A DNA stretch of 64,000 nt from Styela clava (Eukaryota): positions 3,596,001 through 3,660,000 of the forward strand of contig NC_135252.1 in NCBI RefSeq assembly GCF_964204865.1, given 5' to 3'. Of this stretch, positions 24,801-35,990 are shown one piece after another. The number at the start of each line of letters is the position of its first letter. Position 1 is the stretch's first letter. The notes beneath the pieces are model-generated. The model worked only from the letters and a program-made list of their open reading frames with translations. It did no database searches and was not told the origin of the DNA. The translations under genes were made by a program, and so were the position numbers.

Positions 24801-25438
24801 AAACACATTTAACTAATTATAAATATCTTGTTTTCAACAAGGAGAAAACCAAAATCGAACAAATCTAGTCTAATGCTCTCCACCATAGTGTGTTGTACTC
24901 CTGCGTGTAACTTGACACTGTAACTCTGAGCGGGTCTTGCAGATTTTCATCAGTAAGGCGTATTCCGTGCTTAGTTCCTTGTGAAGTTCATGTCAAAAAA
25001 TGTTGATTCACCAAGATACCTAGAACCAAACACTGATCTTGTAACATAGGATTGCTGTTTGAATTAAAAGGTGAGCTTTTTCTGCCCGTACTGCGCTGAC
25101 CAATGAAATATGACAAGATGTGTAATGTCCCTTCGCTTTGTCGTCGCTATAAACTCCCCGCAAATGAGACATACGCAATCTGTTTTCACGGTGGTAAAAG
25201 GAAATCCACCTCCCATTCATCATGAAAATGGTAGGTTTTCTTTCGATTTTCTGCCATTTTAAAAAAAAATCAATAATCGTATTATTGGCATTGCTGCTCC
25301 ACAAATCAACGAACACGAAAAAACGCGAGTTCGTGGAAGGCGACATCTGTGTGATAATCTGTGTCATAATTGGGAGAGTATTAAATGATCCGTTACGTTA
25401 CTGAGGTCAAATAAAAGTTAGAATGATCGTTGTCATAA

Positions 25439-25946
25439 TGGACCTTTCCCCGACCTTTGACCCCCGAAAGATTCTTCCTATACTTTACCATTGCAAAATG
25501 TTCGAAGCTATTTTAAGAGTGCCTTTGCGAGTTGGAGCCTGTAAAATGGGGCATGTGTTTCAACTTTCAAACCACCATCATGATTCATCGCATACAACAA
25601 TCTGTTTTTTAAATATATCGGTAAAGAGTTTTAGCCTAGTTTATCACAGCTATTTCCACACAAATTTTTTATTACTGCATTTAAAGTAAAACTTCTAGGA
25701 AGACAGAGTGATCATTGAAATATCTAATTTATATTTAAGTTTCCGAAACACAACTGAAAACTTACGAATAGAGTTCAAAAACGCGAAAACGAGGTAACGT
25801 TTACGATCACGCTTGAAAATCTGTCTGAGTGAGAAATGTGTCTGAGCGGATGCGAAAAGGGAGCATTGTTACGTCACTTTTTGCATCTTGCTGATTGGCC
25901 AATGTCACGAAGTAAACAAGGAAGTCGATGCTCGGGGAAAGGTCCA
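25439..25946. mobile_element. PIF/Harbinger-like MITE
   Basis: 15-bp TIR TGGACCTTTCCCCGA with 3-bp TAA TSD (25436-25438, 25947-25949); homologous to 30236-30707 and to a fragment at ~54450-54735. Confidence 0.78.
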
Positions 25947-26034
25947 TAATCAACAGGGGTTTATTCCCAGTTCCCAAATAAGACTTAAGTGTGATTTATA
26001 CAAGAATAACATGACAAAAATTAATTGATGTAAC

Positions 26035-29000
26035 CAATGACATTAAACAACATGATGCGCAACTCCGGCATTTTTGGCCGAAGATCGTATCCGATAACAC
26101 GCTCCAATGCACATACTTGACGAGCGGATGTGTGCTGCTTTCAAGGCATAGCACGAATGGTGTTCGTGCCTGCTTTGACAGTTGTTGTCGATTTTAATGA
26201 TATTTTTGGAAAGTTGAGTTAAAAAGAAAATCGAAAAAAAGTAAGGTAAATACTATTGTTGTACATCACACTGATAAGTGCATGTGGGAAAGCCAGCTTT
26301 TTCAAATACTACGAAGTTATTAATTCAGTACCGTGCGTAGTTGCGCATTTGCCGAAATTGCATATTTACTTACCCCTTATGGTTTCAAATAGTTCATGCA
26401 CCTCCATTTAGATTTTTTTAACCAATGGGGATATATACTCATTGCTGTAACATACTATTGCCCCTTCACTTTTATTTGTGTATTGAATCAAAGGGTTAAC
26501 ACCTTCACCTAACATTCACACCGTCTCTCAAGTATATGAAGCCACGAATGCCTGTAATTTTCGTACTAAACCCCTTTATTAGTTGTTTTATATACTAAAT
26601 TCAGTAAAACATTTTTTACATTTAACATGAGATATTGGATTTATTAGCTTTTCCATTCTAAATCATATAGACTGCTTTATTTATTCTTGACGAAAATTAT
26701 TAAATTTCCTCTCTTTCTTTAGATGTGAATGTTGTGGACAAACCTGTCCAGGCATTGTGAGATTTCTGCAGCACAAGAGGCAATAGCAAAAATAGTAAGT
26801 ATATCAATCAAGACATTAAGCCGACATAAAGCAAAACTTTCAACTATTCGTCTACTAACCCCAATTATTTCTAACCCGTCATTATTTATTCACAGGACAA
26901 CTGTAGCAGAATGGGAGATTTCAGAAGTCTGGCGAAATATCAGTGACAGCGTGATTCCGAGACATATAATCAGAGTACTCCATAAATGTTTGCAATATAA
27001 GAACAACTTATGGAGGCATGCAAAGCCATTTGTCCCTCCGGTAGAGTTGTGTATGGCCCCCACATCCTGCAGGGCTTGAGGAAAATACCTAAAAATTCCG
27101 AAGCGTAAGATTGCATAAGAGGTCTTATTTGTAAAAAGGCCAGGCATACTTAAAACAGCTTTGGAAATGTAGATTACGGGTCACTCACTACATCTGTGTA
27201 AGAATTGGTTCATCAACTTTTGGTAGTACTATAGGAGAAATTCAGGGAAGGGTATAATCATGATTCATGATAAAATACAGTTCAATATTTTGGACAACTT
27301 CAATCTAGACCAGGGATGTCAAACTCGCGGGCCCAGAGAACTTCCAGTGCGGCCCTCGAACGCTAAACAATAATTGTAATGGTATTTTGGAATTTTTTTT
27401 TATCTAAATGTAAAAGATTTTTCAAACTTCCGAATTAAAGTGAAATTGATTATTCACGCAGAAAAGAATTTACTGAAATTAGTTTTGAAAAATTAATTTT
27501 TTTTTTGTTCACATTTTGACCCAATTGTGAATACACATCAAGCTAGCAAAAGAATACTTGAATAAAACACTTGAGTGAATAAATTAAACGCAAAGTACAC
27601 GAAGAATGTGGCATTTTCGAAGAAAAATGGGAGTTGCAATATTTCTGCATTTCTCAAAATTCTGAAGCACATTGTTTAATTTGTCATAATTTCATCAGTA
27701 CAATGAAAAAACACAATAAGCTCAGCAGTCAATATGACAATTTCAAAGACCAACTTCAAAAAGAAAATTTCCATGTGTTGGTATATTGATATAATTATAC
27801 AACAACTTATTTACTAAAAATCAATATCAATAAGAATTCAAGCAATCCTATACCACGCAATGTGGCGCGAAATGTCTTGTCGAAAAAATCTGTCATTTGT
27901 TTGTTTACTGATCTATACACTTTTTTGCATTACTGGAACTAATTAAACATTCTCAAAGATCCAGATTAACCCATGATCATGTGACCTCGTTAGTTAGAGT
28001 TGGTACTATAAAATCATTTCAGCCTGGTGGCCTGGCCTTAGTATGCTGGTGACACAAAAAAGATGCCAATAGTCAGGGCAAACGTAATCGAGTAAACATT
28101 GAGTTTATACTGTAGTATTTTTGTTAGTTTTAGGTCCATATGTTTGGATTAGGTCATTTTTAGTGCATGTATTATATTCTTTCCTTATCCAAAGCTTGTT
28201 CAAAAATGATTTTGATGGTTGTACATAGAATTTTATGATTTTTGTAATAAATACAGTAACTTGCAATAATGGTGGAATGCAAAGATTAATATGTAATTGC
28301 ATTTAAAATTAAAGAAATTAATAAAACTTAATCCAACTGTTTAATGCATCACAATATATGTCACAAACTAAAACTATCTCAAAAATATTATTCAAGTATG
28401 CATTATCAAAAACTGTTTGCGGCCCTTTTTACAATTTCCACAATGCGATTCGGCATATTGTATGACTTGTATTGTAACTTGTATTTGCTGTCGCAATGTA
28501 TTATCTCAATGTGTCAAACTTTTAATTAGTGTGCATATTTTGCTTTCAGGTGACATAAATGTATTGTCTTGTTTATTACCTCAGCTTGGAGTATTGACAA
28601 GAAAAAGGTGCCAGTAAATTACGTACAAATTTTTTTAACTCTTTGTTATAATCAGAATTCACAATCAATAGGAAATATAAACAGCCAACAATCAATGAGA
28701 ACTATATGCGAGATTCATCAGATTAAATTTGTCTTCTAAAATCGGAGGAAGGCAAAACATATAGGTAGTTTCCATCCACACAAGTCTTTCAAGAAGAAAT
28801 GCTCGAGCCAAACTAAATGAGCATAATCAGGTGATCGGTAAGGCTGCAAGTTGAATTCAGACCTGCAACCTCCTGCATAGAAGATAATATTAATTAGTGG
28901 GCTATGAGCTAAATTCAGACACAAACCTATCTACGAGGCAATATGTACCATCAATGTCACCTACGATAAACTGAATATGTTATATGTCTAATAAATTCAC

Positions 29001-29511
29001 TTACTAAAGCAAGTTCGATAGGTGCAAACTTTGTGTTATGGAATTGTATCACAGCACCGTTAAGAGAAGTATAAACAGTTTTGCTGTTTTGTATGACATC
29101 CTCTTTGAATGAAATTTGATTTTTAAGTGCAAACATTAAAATTAGTAACCTAGAACATTGTCATTATCTGCAAAATGTTCCACACAAATCTTCACACTAT
29201 CGCGTTTGTAATCTTCTCTGATAAAAAAAAACGTCTATGATGTCCAGAATTACTCTTTACCGCTAGCTTGTGTGCCATTCCAGCTTTCCGAGCAAAACTT
29301 CTTAGATATAATAATGATTTTCTTTCGTTACAGGCGCAAAAAGGCAGGTACTACACGTAAAGAAGGCGCCGAGTAGCAAAAGCGAACGGAAAAACGGTCG
29401 CGAAAGGCGACGAGAACTATGTGCATTGGAGCGTATCATGAAATACAATCATTCGCCTGTAGTCTTATGGAGTGACGTCAGAGTTGCCTATCATGTTGTT
29501 TAATGTCATTG
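26035..29511 (-). mobile_element. Degenerate P-superfamily-like (THAP) DNA transposon
   Basis: ~30-bp TIR CAATGACATTAAACAACATGAT..GCAACTC; 7-bp TSD ATGTAAC (26028-26034, 29512-29518); minus-strand relics VKICVEHF and LNGAV (THAP-like, ~29040-29220) and FFLKDLCGWKLPICFAF (P-transposase-like, ~28750-28800). Confidence 0.68.
27310..27830 (+). mobile_element. 5' fragment of a SPIN/Buster-type hAT nested in the P-like element
   Basis: TIR CAGGGATGTCAAACT; peptide KRKVHEECGIFEEKWELQYFCISQNSEAHCLICHNFISTMKKHN (BED-finger N-terminus of SPIN/GTF2IRD2-type transposases). 3' boundary is approximate. Confidence 0.72.
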
Positions 29512-30235
29512 ATGTAACTTACTTATAAGCGCCGGTATTAAGCTCTTTTTGGAACAGACCTGCGGTCGACTCATGTGTGTGGTCTTCACGGGCGACTTGG
29601 TGCCCGCGGGCAACAGGTTGGTGACCCCTGGTTAATCATTGAGCGTATAATGCATTGACATCCAAATCAATTAATCCAAATTTTATGCATAACTGGCTAA
29701 TAATTCTCACATATATTGGTCATAAGTCTTTCAATTTCATTTGGCAAAGTCTGTTAGAATCGGATCATGCTTGTTTCGGAAAAAGCATACCCAGCTCAAC
29801 AGGAATTCGGCGGTAACAAATGTAGGAAGGGTCCTAAACAATCCATTAACTCAAGCGCTGGAAAAAAGCGAATTAAAAGTAATAAGAACGCGCTTTACAT
29901 CCGGTGATATTACTGGTGACATTGTCCCTGTTCGGTCGTTCCTCCCGTGCTGCCAAATCGGAAAAACTTTAGGGCCATAAATCACTTTATGTCACTCAAA
30001 TTAGCGACCGGAAGTTTTTCTTTGAAGTGCAGCGTCTGAAAACACGTTATGACCTCGGCCTATCAAAAGATCAAATACCAATGTGATAGTTAGACCGTTA
30101 GGCGACAAAACATAGGTATAAGACAACATAATAATTCAGAGACATAGTTAACAAAAATTAGACAGAATGTCTGAAACACTTCGGCGAAAGAAAACACTCA
30201 CAACGCAAAAGAGAAATAGAAACCCGCCGTGCGCA

Positions 30236-30707
30236 TGGATGTTTCACCGACCCTTACCCCAGAAAAATTATCCCATACTTTACTATTGCAAAATATTGCA
30301 TGCTTATTTTGCTAGTGTTGGTGCTTACAAAGTGAATTGCATGATCAAAGCCATCATTTTTATCAAAATATACAACCAGGTACCGCTAACAGGTACTGAT
30401 AGCTAATTTTAGCATACCGCGGCGTAGTCTATCCCAGTTTTTTTGGAACTTAACTGAAGCTCATCGGAAGATATAATGACAATTAAATTTCTTTATTTAC
30501 AACAAATTTTTGGAAACACAACTAAAATCTGACAAATAATACGCAAAACCACGAAAACGAGGCAATGTTTACAACAATGCTTGGATATCTGTCTCAGCCA
30601 ACGAAGTGTCTGAGTCAAAATTGCCATTGTTACGTCATCGTTTACTGCTTGCTAATTGGCCATTGTGACAGATAAAACAAGGAAATCGATGCTCGGGGTA
30701 ACATCCA
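30236..30707. mobile_element. Diverged copy of the Harbinger-like MITE
   Basis: Termini TGGATGTTTCACCGA / TCGGGGTAACATCCA; internal similarity to 25439-25946. Confidence 0.7.
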
Positions 30708-30970
30708 TTATGTATGAAGATTGGGAATTTCTGGTAATCCACGTGCTAAAATACACCAATGACATTACACTCGCGTATTACGTGGTGCAAATTATGCACG
30801 GAGAACTACGGTCCTTCAAATAAAATAATTTCAAATGGAACTTCTCTATATTATTTCTGAAATAAAGGTTTTACAATAAGGACTATACCTAATATCAAAT
30901 CTTTTTGGACATTACTGGCTATAACGTATGAATGTCGCATAGTTTAAGCAATGTTTACATTTGGTTTAAG

Positions 30971-31173
30971 GGTTCCATTACATTTGAACCCACGTACATT
31001 TGAACTCATGGCAATTGCACCTGTATGCTATTGCACCTATGAATTTTTTTTTGTTTCACGGATAGTTAAACCCATACTAACCCTAACCCATGGGTTTTAG
31101 CACCCGCATATAGATTGAACCCGTGGATATACGCATGGGTTCAAATGTACATGGGTTCAAATGTACGGTCACC
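30971..31173 (+). mobile_element. MITE family A copy
   Basis: 8-bp TSD GGTTTAAG (30963-30970, 31174-31181). Confidence 0.92.
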
Positions 31174-31999
31174 GGTTTAAGTGTTACATTATTTTCGTAG
31201 TGGTTTAATGTGCTGGCATTACCATGTGGCATGTCTCAACCCTCATTTAAGTTTTAGCTACTCGTCCGATGTTTTTGTCTTGTGTGTTGTGAGTGTTTTG
31301 TACCGTACCTTGGGGAAGTAACGAAAAAAATTATCTTTTATATTTTCTTTATTCATACCTAACAAATACATTCACCCCCCAAAAATAATCTGGCTTGCAC
31401 CACAGAATATGATGGTTTTCTATTTGAAAGATACAAGAAAGTACGGGCTAGCAAGAAAGTAAAGACTACCGTACCTAGTTTTATGCGAAAATCTTGTGCA
31501 GTACCTATGCCTGCGTTTTATATGCCACTGCAGAATTTGCTTTCCTTCCTGTTTGTTCTCGAGAATATCCCGTTTGGTAACTTGGTCTGTCTGTCTGTAG
31601 GTACGGTAGGTAGTTTAGTGCTATGTTCCACGTAAATCCTGAAATCAGCCGCTTGGTAAAAATCCAAGCAAAAGTACCGTGAGATACCGTATTTCAAGAG
31701 AGAGATTTTAGAAAAAAAGTATATTACAGTATTAGGGTGTCATGGCCAAGACCAAGGTGGCATAATTCATCATTTTTTCAAAATTCATAATAAAGTAACC
31801 TATCTGACTATTGTTAAATATTTAAGGTTAAGATCATCAGTCCTTTTTTTCATGAGAGAATTGCTTTAACACACGATTTGCATGAAAGTGTTGACAATGC
31901 ATTTGTTGTATTTTAAAAATAAATTAGAGCTCTGGCGGATGTGATACCGGTACCTTGTGCAGTTGTGTGATGATATTCTACTGTTTTACAAAATATCTT

Positions 32000-32295
32000 A
32001 GGATAGGATAGGATTTACATATTTATCCCGGAGGAGAGGAAAGCCGATAAGACGGCTTATCCATATGGCGAACCACGGCCTCTCGTCCGGTTACCATTCC
32101 AAGTCGGGTATGGGATTAATTATTAACCGACCAGCGGTTACGTGAACCACCCAACGACGACGAGGAGTCCAGCAATCCTCTCGCACATAACCATCCCTGT
32201 ATGGGATTTGAACCTGTGAACCCACGCAGAGTAATTAGAGGTGCGGTGGCGAGCATATTCCTAACGCTTAGCCCGTTGAGCCACACCGACGCGCC
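32000..32295 (-). mobile_element. tRNA-derived SINE, full-length head, internal ~45-bp deletion
   Basis: Reverse complement of 39760-40095; (ATCCT)n tail; A and B boxes present. Confidence 0.9.
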
Positions 32296-32627
32296 TTTCG
32301 TTATTTTCCATGGTGTCACTGTCATAACTGCATATATACAGTATATAGGCCCATTGCTGTATTGGGAGGGAGGCTCAGTAGTTTTTTTTTAACGTTTGGT
32401 ACTAACATCAGAACTTATAGTACTGTACTGTGACTGTGTGGTACCGTAGGCGTAGTGCACATAGCACATTTGATAGTTTTTTGGTTTTGCATAGTATCAC
32501 TCTATCTTCTGATCATGGTACAGTTATTTATGTTTATTTTTTTAATAATTCTATTTAACAGTATTTAAAAATTGATAACTTGAAAAAACCTGTTGAAAAA
32601 CAAAAGAACACTGGATTTTCAGTTGAA

Positions 32628-34040
32628 ATGGATGTTAATATACATTCAATATCATCTGTTAAGGAGCATTTAAATAACCTTCTCCAAATTTATAATCAAT
32701 TCAAGTTTCTGACGGACTCTTACATCATTGAGTTTTTTATAGAAAAACACTGGATGAAACTTCCATTAAGATGGAGGGAAATTCTGGATAGAATGAGCCC
32801 AAGCGGATTTGCTAAAGAGGTCTTTGTCTCATCAAGTTGTGTTTCAACAGTTTTGCCATTATCTCTAATTGCGTTTAAAGCATGTTGTTTAAAATTATCA
32901 CTGTCAAGATCATACAATACTGAACAAGATACTGGAGAATTTTGTCATTCAAATCCAAGTCAAAATAAACTTTTGAAGCATATATTCAGAAAACACGTTA
33001 ATCCGAAAAAGCAGCATGAAATAAGGAAACTATCAAAGATAATAACTGATGTTGCATCCAAAGCAAAAGTTTCAAAAGTTGCTGACATTGGTTCAGGCCA
33101 AGGTCATCTTTCAAGATTACTTGCCATCGGACATGGATTTGATATTACATCAATTGAATCAGATGAGAAGAATGTTGATAAAGCTAAACAATTTGATGTA
33201 GAGTGTATTAAACAAGTGTTGAAAGACAATCCAAATCATTATCAGACATTGCCTAATCATGTATTACATCATATCGATCCTTTTATATCTGAAGATTCAT
33301 TTTTCAGATTGTTTATTTCAGAGCCAAATACTAGCAATGATCCTCATATTCTACTGTCAGGACTTCATGCTTGTGGAGATCTTAGTTCAACAATGATACA
33401 TAGTTATGTTGAAAGCGAAAAAATAACTGCATTAGTTTCGGTTGCTTGTTGTTATATGAAATTAACTCAGGATGTCAAAAGATGTAGTGTAATGTCAAAC
33501 CAAATTGAGTCAAAATCTGGTTATCCATTAAGCAAGTTTGTTCAATGTATAAAGGATCATAATCTTTCTTACAAAAGCAGAGAGATATCATGTCATGCCA
33601 ATGAAGTCTTTGCACAAAGGCTTCAAACAAATTGTGATCATTTAAAGATTCATTGTTATCGAGCAGTTTTAGAGCATATATTACGACAAAAACATGCGGA
33701 TATGATTAGAATTGGAGTGCAAATATCTAAGAAGGCATATCTGAAAACTTTTCAAGAATATCTTGATCTATCGTGCGCAAAATTAAGTCTTTCCCCTATA
33801 TCTATAGCTAATAATATTGAAGTTTCATCAATGCTATCAGATTGGGGTAAAGTTGTTCTTTACTATGGTTTATGTTTAATGTTAGCACCTATAATTGAAT
33901 CTATAATATTGCTGGATAGGGCTGTTTATTTGTTTGAAAATGGCTTGGATTCATCGATACCATGTATTTTCAACCCAGAACTGTCGCCAAGGTGCTTTGC
34001 CTTGATTTCAACTAAATCTGTGAGATACGATCAAGGATAA
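32628..34040 (+). CDS. METTL25B: Methyltransferase-like 25B (RRNAD1) paralog a, intronless
   Basis: DSYIIEFF, KHVNPKKQHEI, DIGSGQGHLSR (SAM motif I), GLHACGDLS, VACCYMKL, HCYRAVLE, LAPIIESIILLDR, IFNPELSPR; first ATG at 32628 after TTTTCAG. Confidence 0.9.
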   Translation: MDVNIHSISSVKEHLNNLLQIYNQFKFLTDSYIIEFFIEKHWMKLPLRWREILDRMSPSGFAKEVFVSSSCVSTVLPLSLIAFKACCLKLSLSRSYNTEQDTGEFCHSNPSQNKLLKHIFRKHVNPKKQHEIRKLSKIITDVASKAKVSKVADIGSGQGHLSRLLAIGHGFDITSIESDEKNVDKAKQFDVECIKQVLKDNPNHYQTLPNHVLHHIDPFISEDSFFRLFISEPNTSNDPHILLSGLHACGDLSSTMIHSYVESEKITALVSVACCYMKLTQDVKRCSVMSNQIESKSGYPLSKFVQCIKDHNLSYKSREISCHANEVFAQRLQTNCDHLKIHCYRAVLEHILRQKHADMIRIGVQISKKAYLKTFQEYLDLSCAKLSLSPISIANNIEVSSMLSDWGKVVLYYGLCLMLAPIIESIILLDRAVYLFENGLDSSIPCIFNPELSPRCFALISTKSVRYDQG

Positions 34041-34185
34041 ATTCACAACTAGTTTATATATGTGATCGCAAATCAAGAACACATGCTTCTCAGAAAGTTG
34101 GGAGATATATTGGCTGTCACTTATCAGAGGGTGTGTTCTGATCCTAATTTTATTGTTTTTTTATTACATAAAGATCCTAATAACT

Positions 34186-35604
34186 ATGCAAATAAACTCG
34201 GACTCCATTTTAGCAGTGAAGAGGCATTTGGAAGCCCTGCTAAGAATAACGAATTATTATCAAAACTTCACCGATACTTATGTTGTTGAATTTTTTGTCG
34301 AAGATCTTTGGAGCAGGGTTCCTCACAAATGGAGAGAAGTTTTGGATGAAATGACTTCATGGGAATTTGCCGAAGAGATATTTCAACCTACATTGAATTC
34401 CGTATATTCCAGAGTTTATCCACTGTCCTTACTTTCGTTTAAAGCTTGTTGCAACAAACTGCAAATACCCAGACAAGTAGATGGTCTTGATAATTCAACC
34501 ACAAGCCGACAACAACTTAGTAAATTGTTCAATTATGCTATGAAGAAGCATATTAATATGAAAAAACAGCATGAATTAAAGCAACTTTGTGAAGTGATTG
34601 TTAACGAGGCTGCAAAATCTGGTTCTTCGCATGTGGTCGATGTTGGATCTGGCCGTGGTCATCTGTCCAGATTACTCTCTATTGAGCATAACTTTAAAGT
34701 AACATCTATTGAATCTGATGATAAAAATGTTGAAAGGGCAAGAGTCTTTGATAAGGAATGTCTTGAATTTGTTTCAAAAACTGACTCGAATGCAATTAAA
34801 ATTTTGCCCACGCACATAACACACCATGTTAAACGTTATATATCGGGAGATGAATTTGTGACTCTGATCAAAACAGATTCCTCTATCAACAATGATCGTA
34901 TATTACTCTCAGGACTCCATGCATGTGGTGATCTAAGTCCAACTATGATATACACATTCGTTAACTGCAAGGAAATTGCCTGCCTAATTTCAGTCGCTTG
35001 CTGCTATATGAAATTAAGTGTCGATGAATTGGGAACCCAAAAGGCAGAACCTCATTATAGCGTCGAAGGGGATAAATTAGGATATCCAATGAGCAAATAT
35101 GTGGCTTCTATACAAAACCATCAAATCAAATTCACCAGCCGGAAAATTTCATGTCATAGCAATGAGGCATTGTCTGAAAAGATGCTCAGTGATGGAGGAC
35201 ATTTGAAAGTTCAATGTTATCGGGCTGTATTAGAATATATTTTACGCAAAAAGAATCCCAATATGATAAGACCTGGGGTACATAACAATAACAAAAAATC
35301 GACAAAGAAAACATGCTTGTCAAAGTTTGCAGACTATTTGGTGCTTGCATTTAATAAACTTGATATTCCTGTGCCAACTAACGAAGAATTTGACAATATT
35401 CACATTAAGCAAATGTTGTCCAAAAATCATAGAGTTGTAATATTTTATGCTTTGTGTTCAATGTTGGCTCCTTTGATTGAAAATATCATTCTTCTTGATA
35501 GAGCTGTTTATTTGTATGAAAATGGATTTGATTCTTCAGTTCAATGTATATTTGAACCCAAAATTTCTCCAAGATGTTTTGCTCTTTTCGCAAGTAAATC
35601 ATGA
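34186..35604 (+). CDS. METTL25B: Methyltransferase-like 25B (RRNAD1) paralog b, intronless
   Basis: Same motif set (DVGSGRGHLSR, GLHACGDLSP, VACCYMKL, IFEPKISPR); first ATG at 34186. Confidence 0.88.
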   Translation: MQINSDSILAVKRHLEALLRITNYYQNFTDTYVVEFFVEDLWSRVPHKWREVLDEMTSWEFAEEIFQPTLNSVYSRVYPLSLLSFKACCNKLQIPRQVDGLDNSTTSRQQLSKLFNYAMKKHINMKKQHELKQLCEVIVNEAAKSGSSHVVDVGSGRGHLSRLLSIEHNFKVTSIESDDKNVERARVFDKECLEFVSKTDSNAIKILPTHITHHVKRYISGDEFVTLIKTDSSINNDRILLSGLHACGDLSPTMIYTFVNCKEIACLISVACCYMKLSVDELGTQKAEPHYSVEGDKLGYPMSKYVASIQNHQIKFTSRKISCHSNEALSEKMLSDGGHLKVQCYRAVLEYILRKKNPNMIRPGVHNNNKKSTKKTCLSKFADYLVLAFNKLDIPVPTNEEFDNIHIKQMLSKNHRVVIFYALCSMLAPLIENIILLDRAVYLYENGFDSSVQCIFEPKISPRCFALFASKS

Positions 35605-35990
35605 ATGTTTATGCTTTTCACTGTTGACATTGTTGCTAATCATTTTATGAACAGTTATTTGTTTTTACTTCATTGTTGGCTACTTTATCTTATCATGAAT
35701 ATATATATTTTTAATATTTATATGCAATCTTGAAATAGATAAAATTTTTAACAACATTAACAAGGAATTTAATACAAAATTATAAGCCAGTAGTAGTATA
35801 AATATTACAAGGTTACACAGTACATCATAAGCACTGAAAGGGTTGATTGTCATTGTTGACGTGAACAAGCAATATTATTTCTACATACTGGAAGAGTTAT
35901 TTGGTTTCAAATTGAATTTTTTCTTGATTACAGATCCATAGAAACATAGAATTTTTACAACTTTCATGAAAAATTATCAGTTCATGGGCC

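Larger units (their letters stand above)
24407..29630 (-). mobile_element. 5.2-kb defective hAT element hosting nested insertions
   Basis: Perfect 16-bp TIR CAGGGGTCACCAACCT; near-TSD GCTTAATC/G-TTAATC; minus-strand relic SVFGSRYLGESTFFDMNF..RLTDENLQDPLRVTVSSYT at ~24895-25045. Confidence 0.82.
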
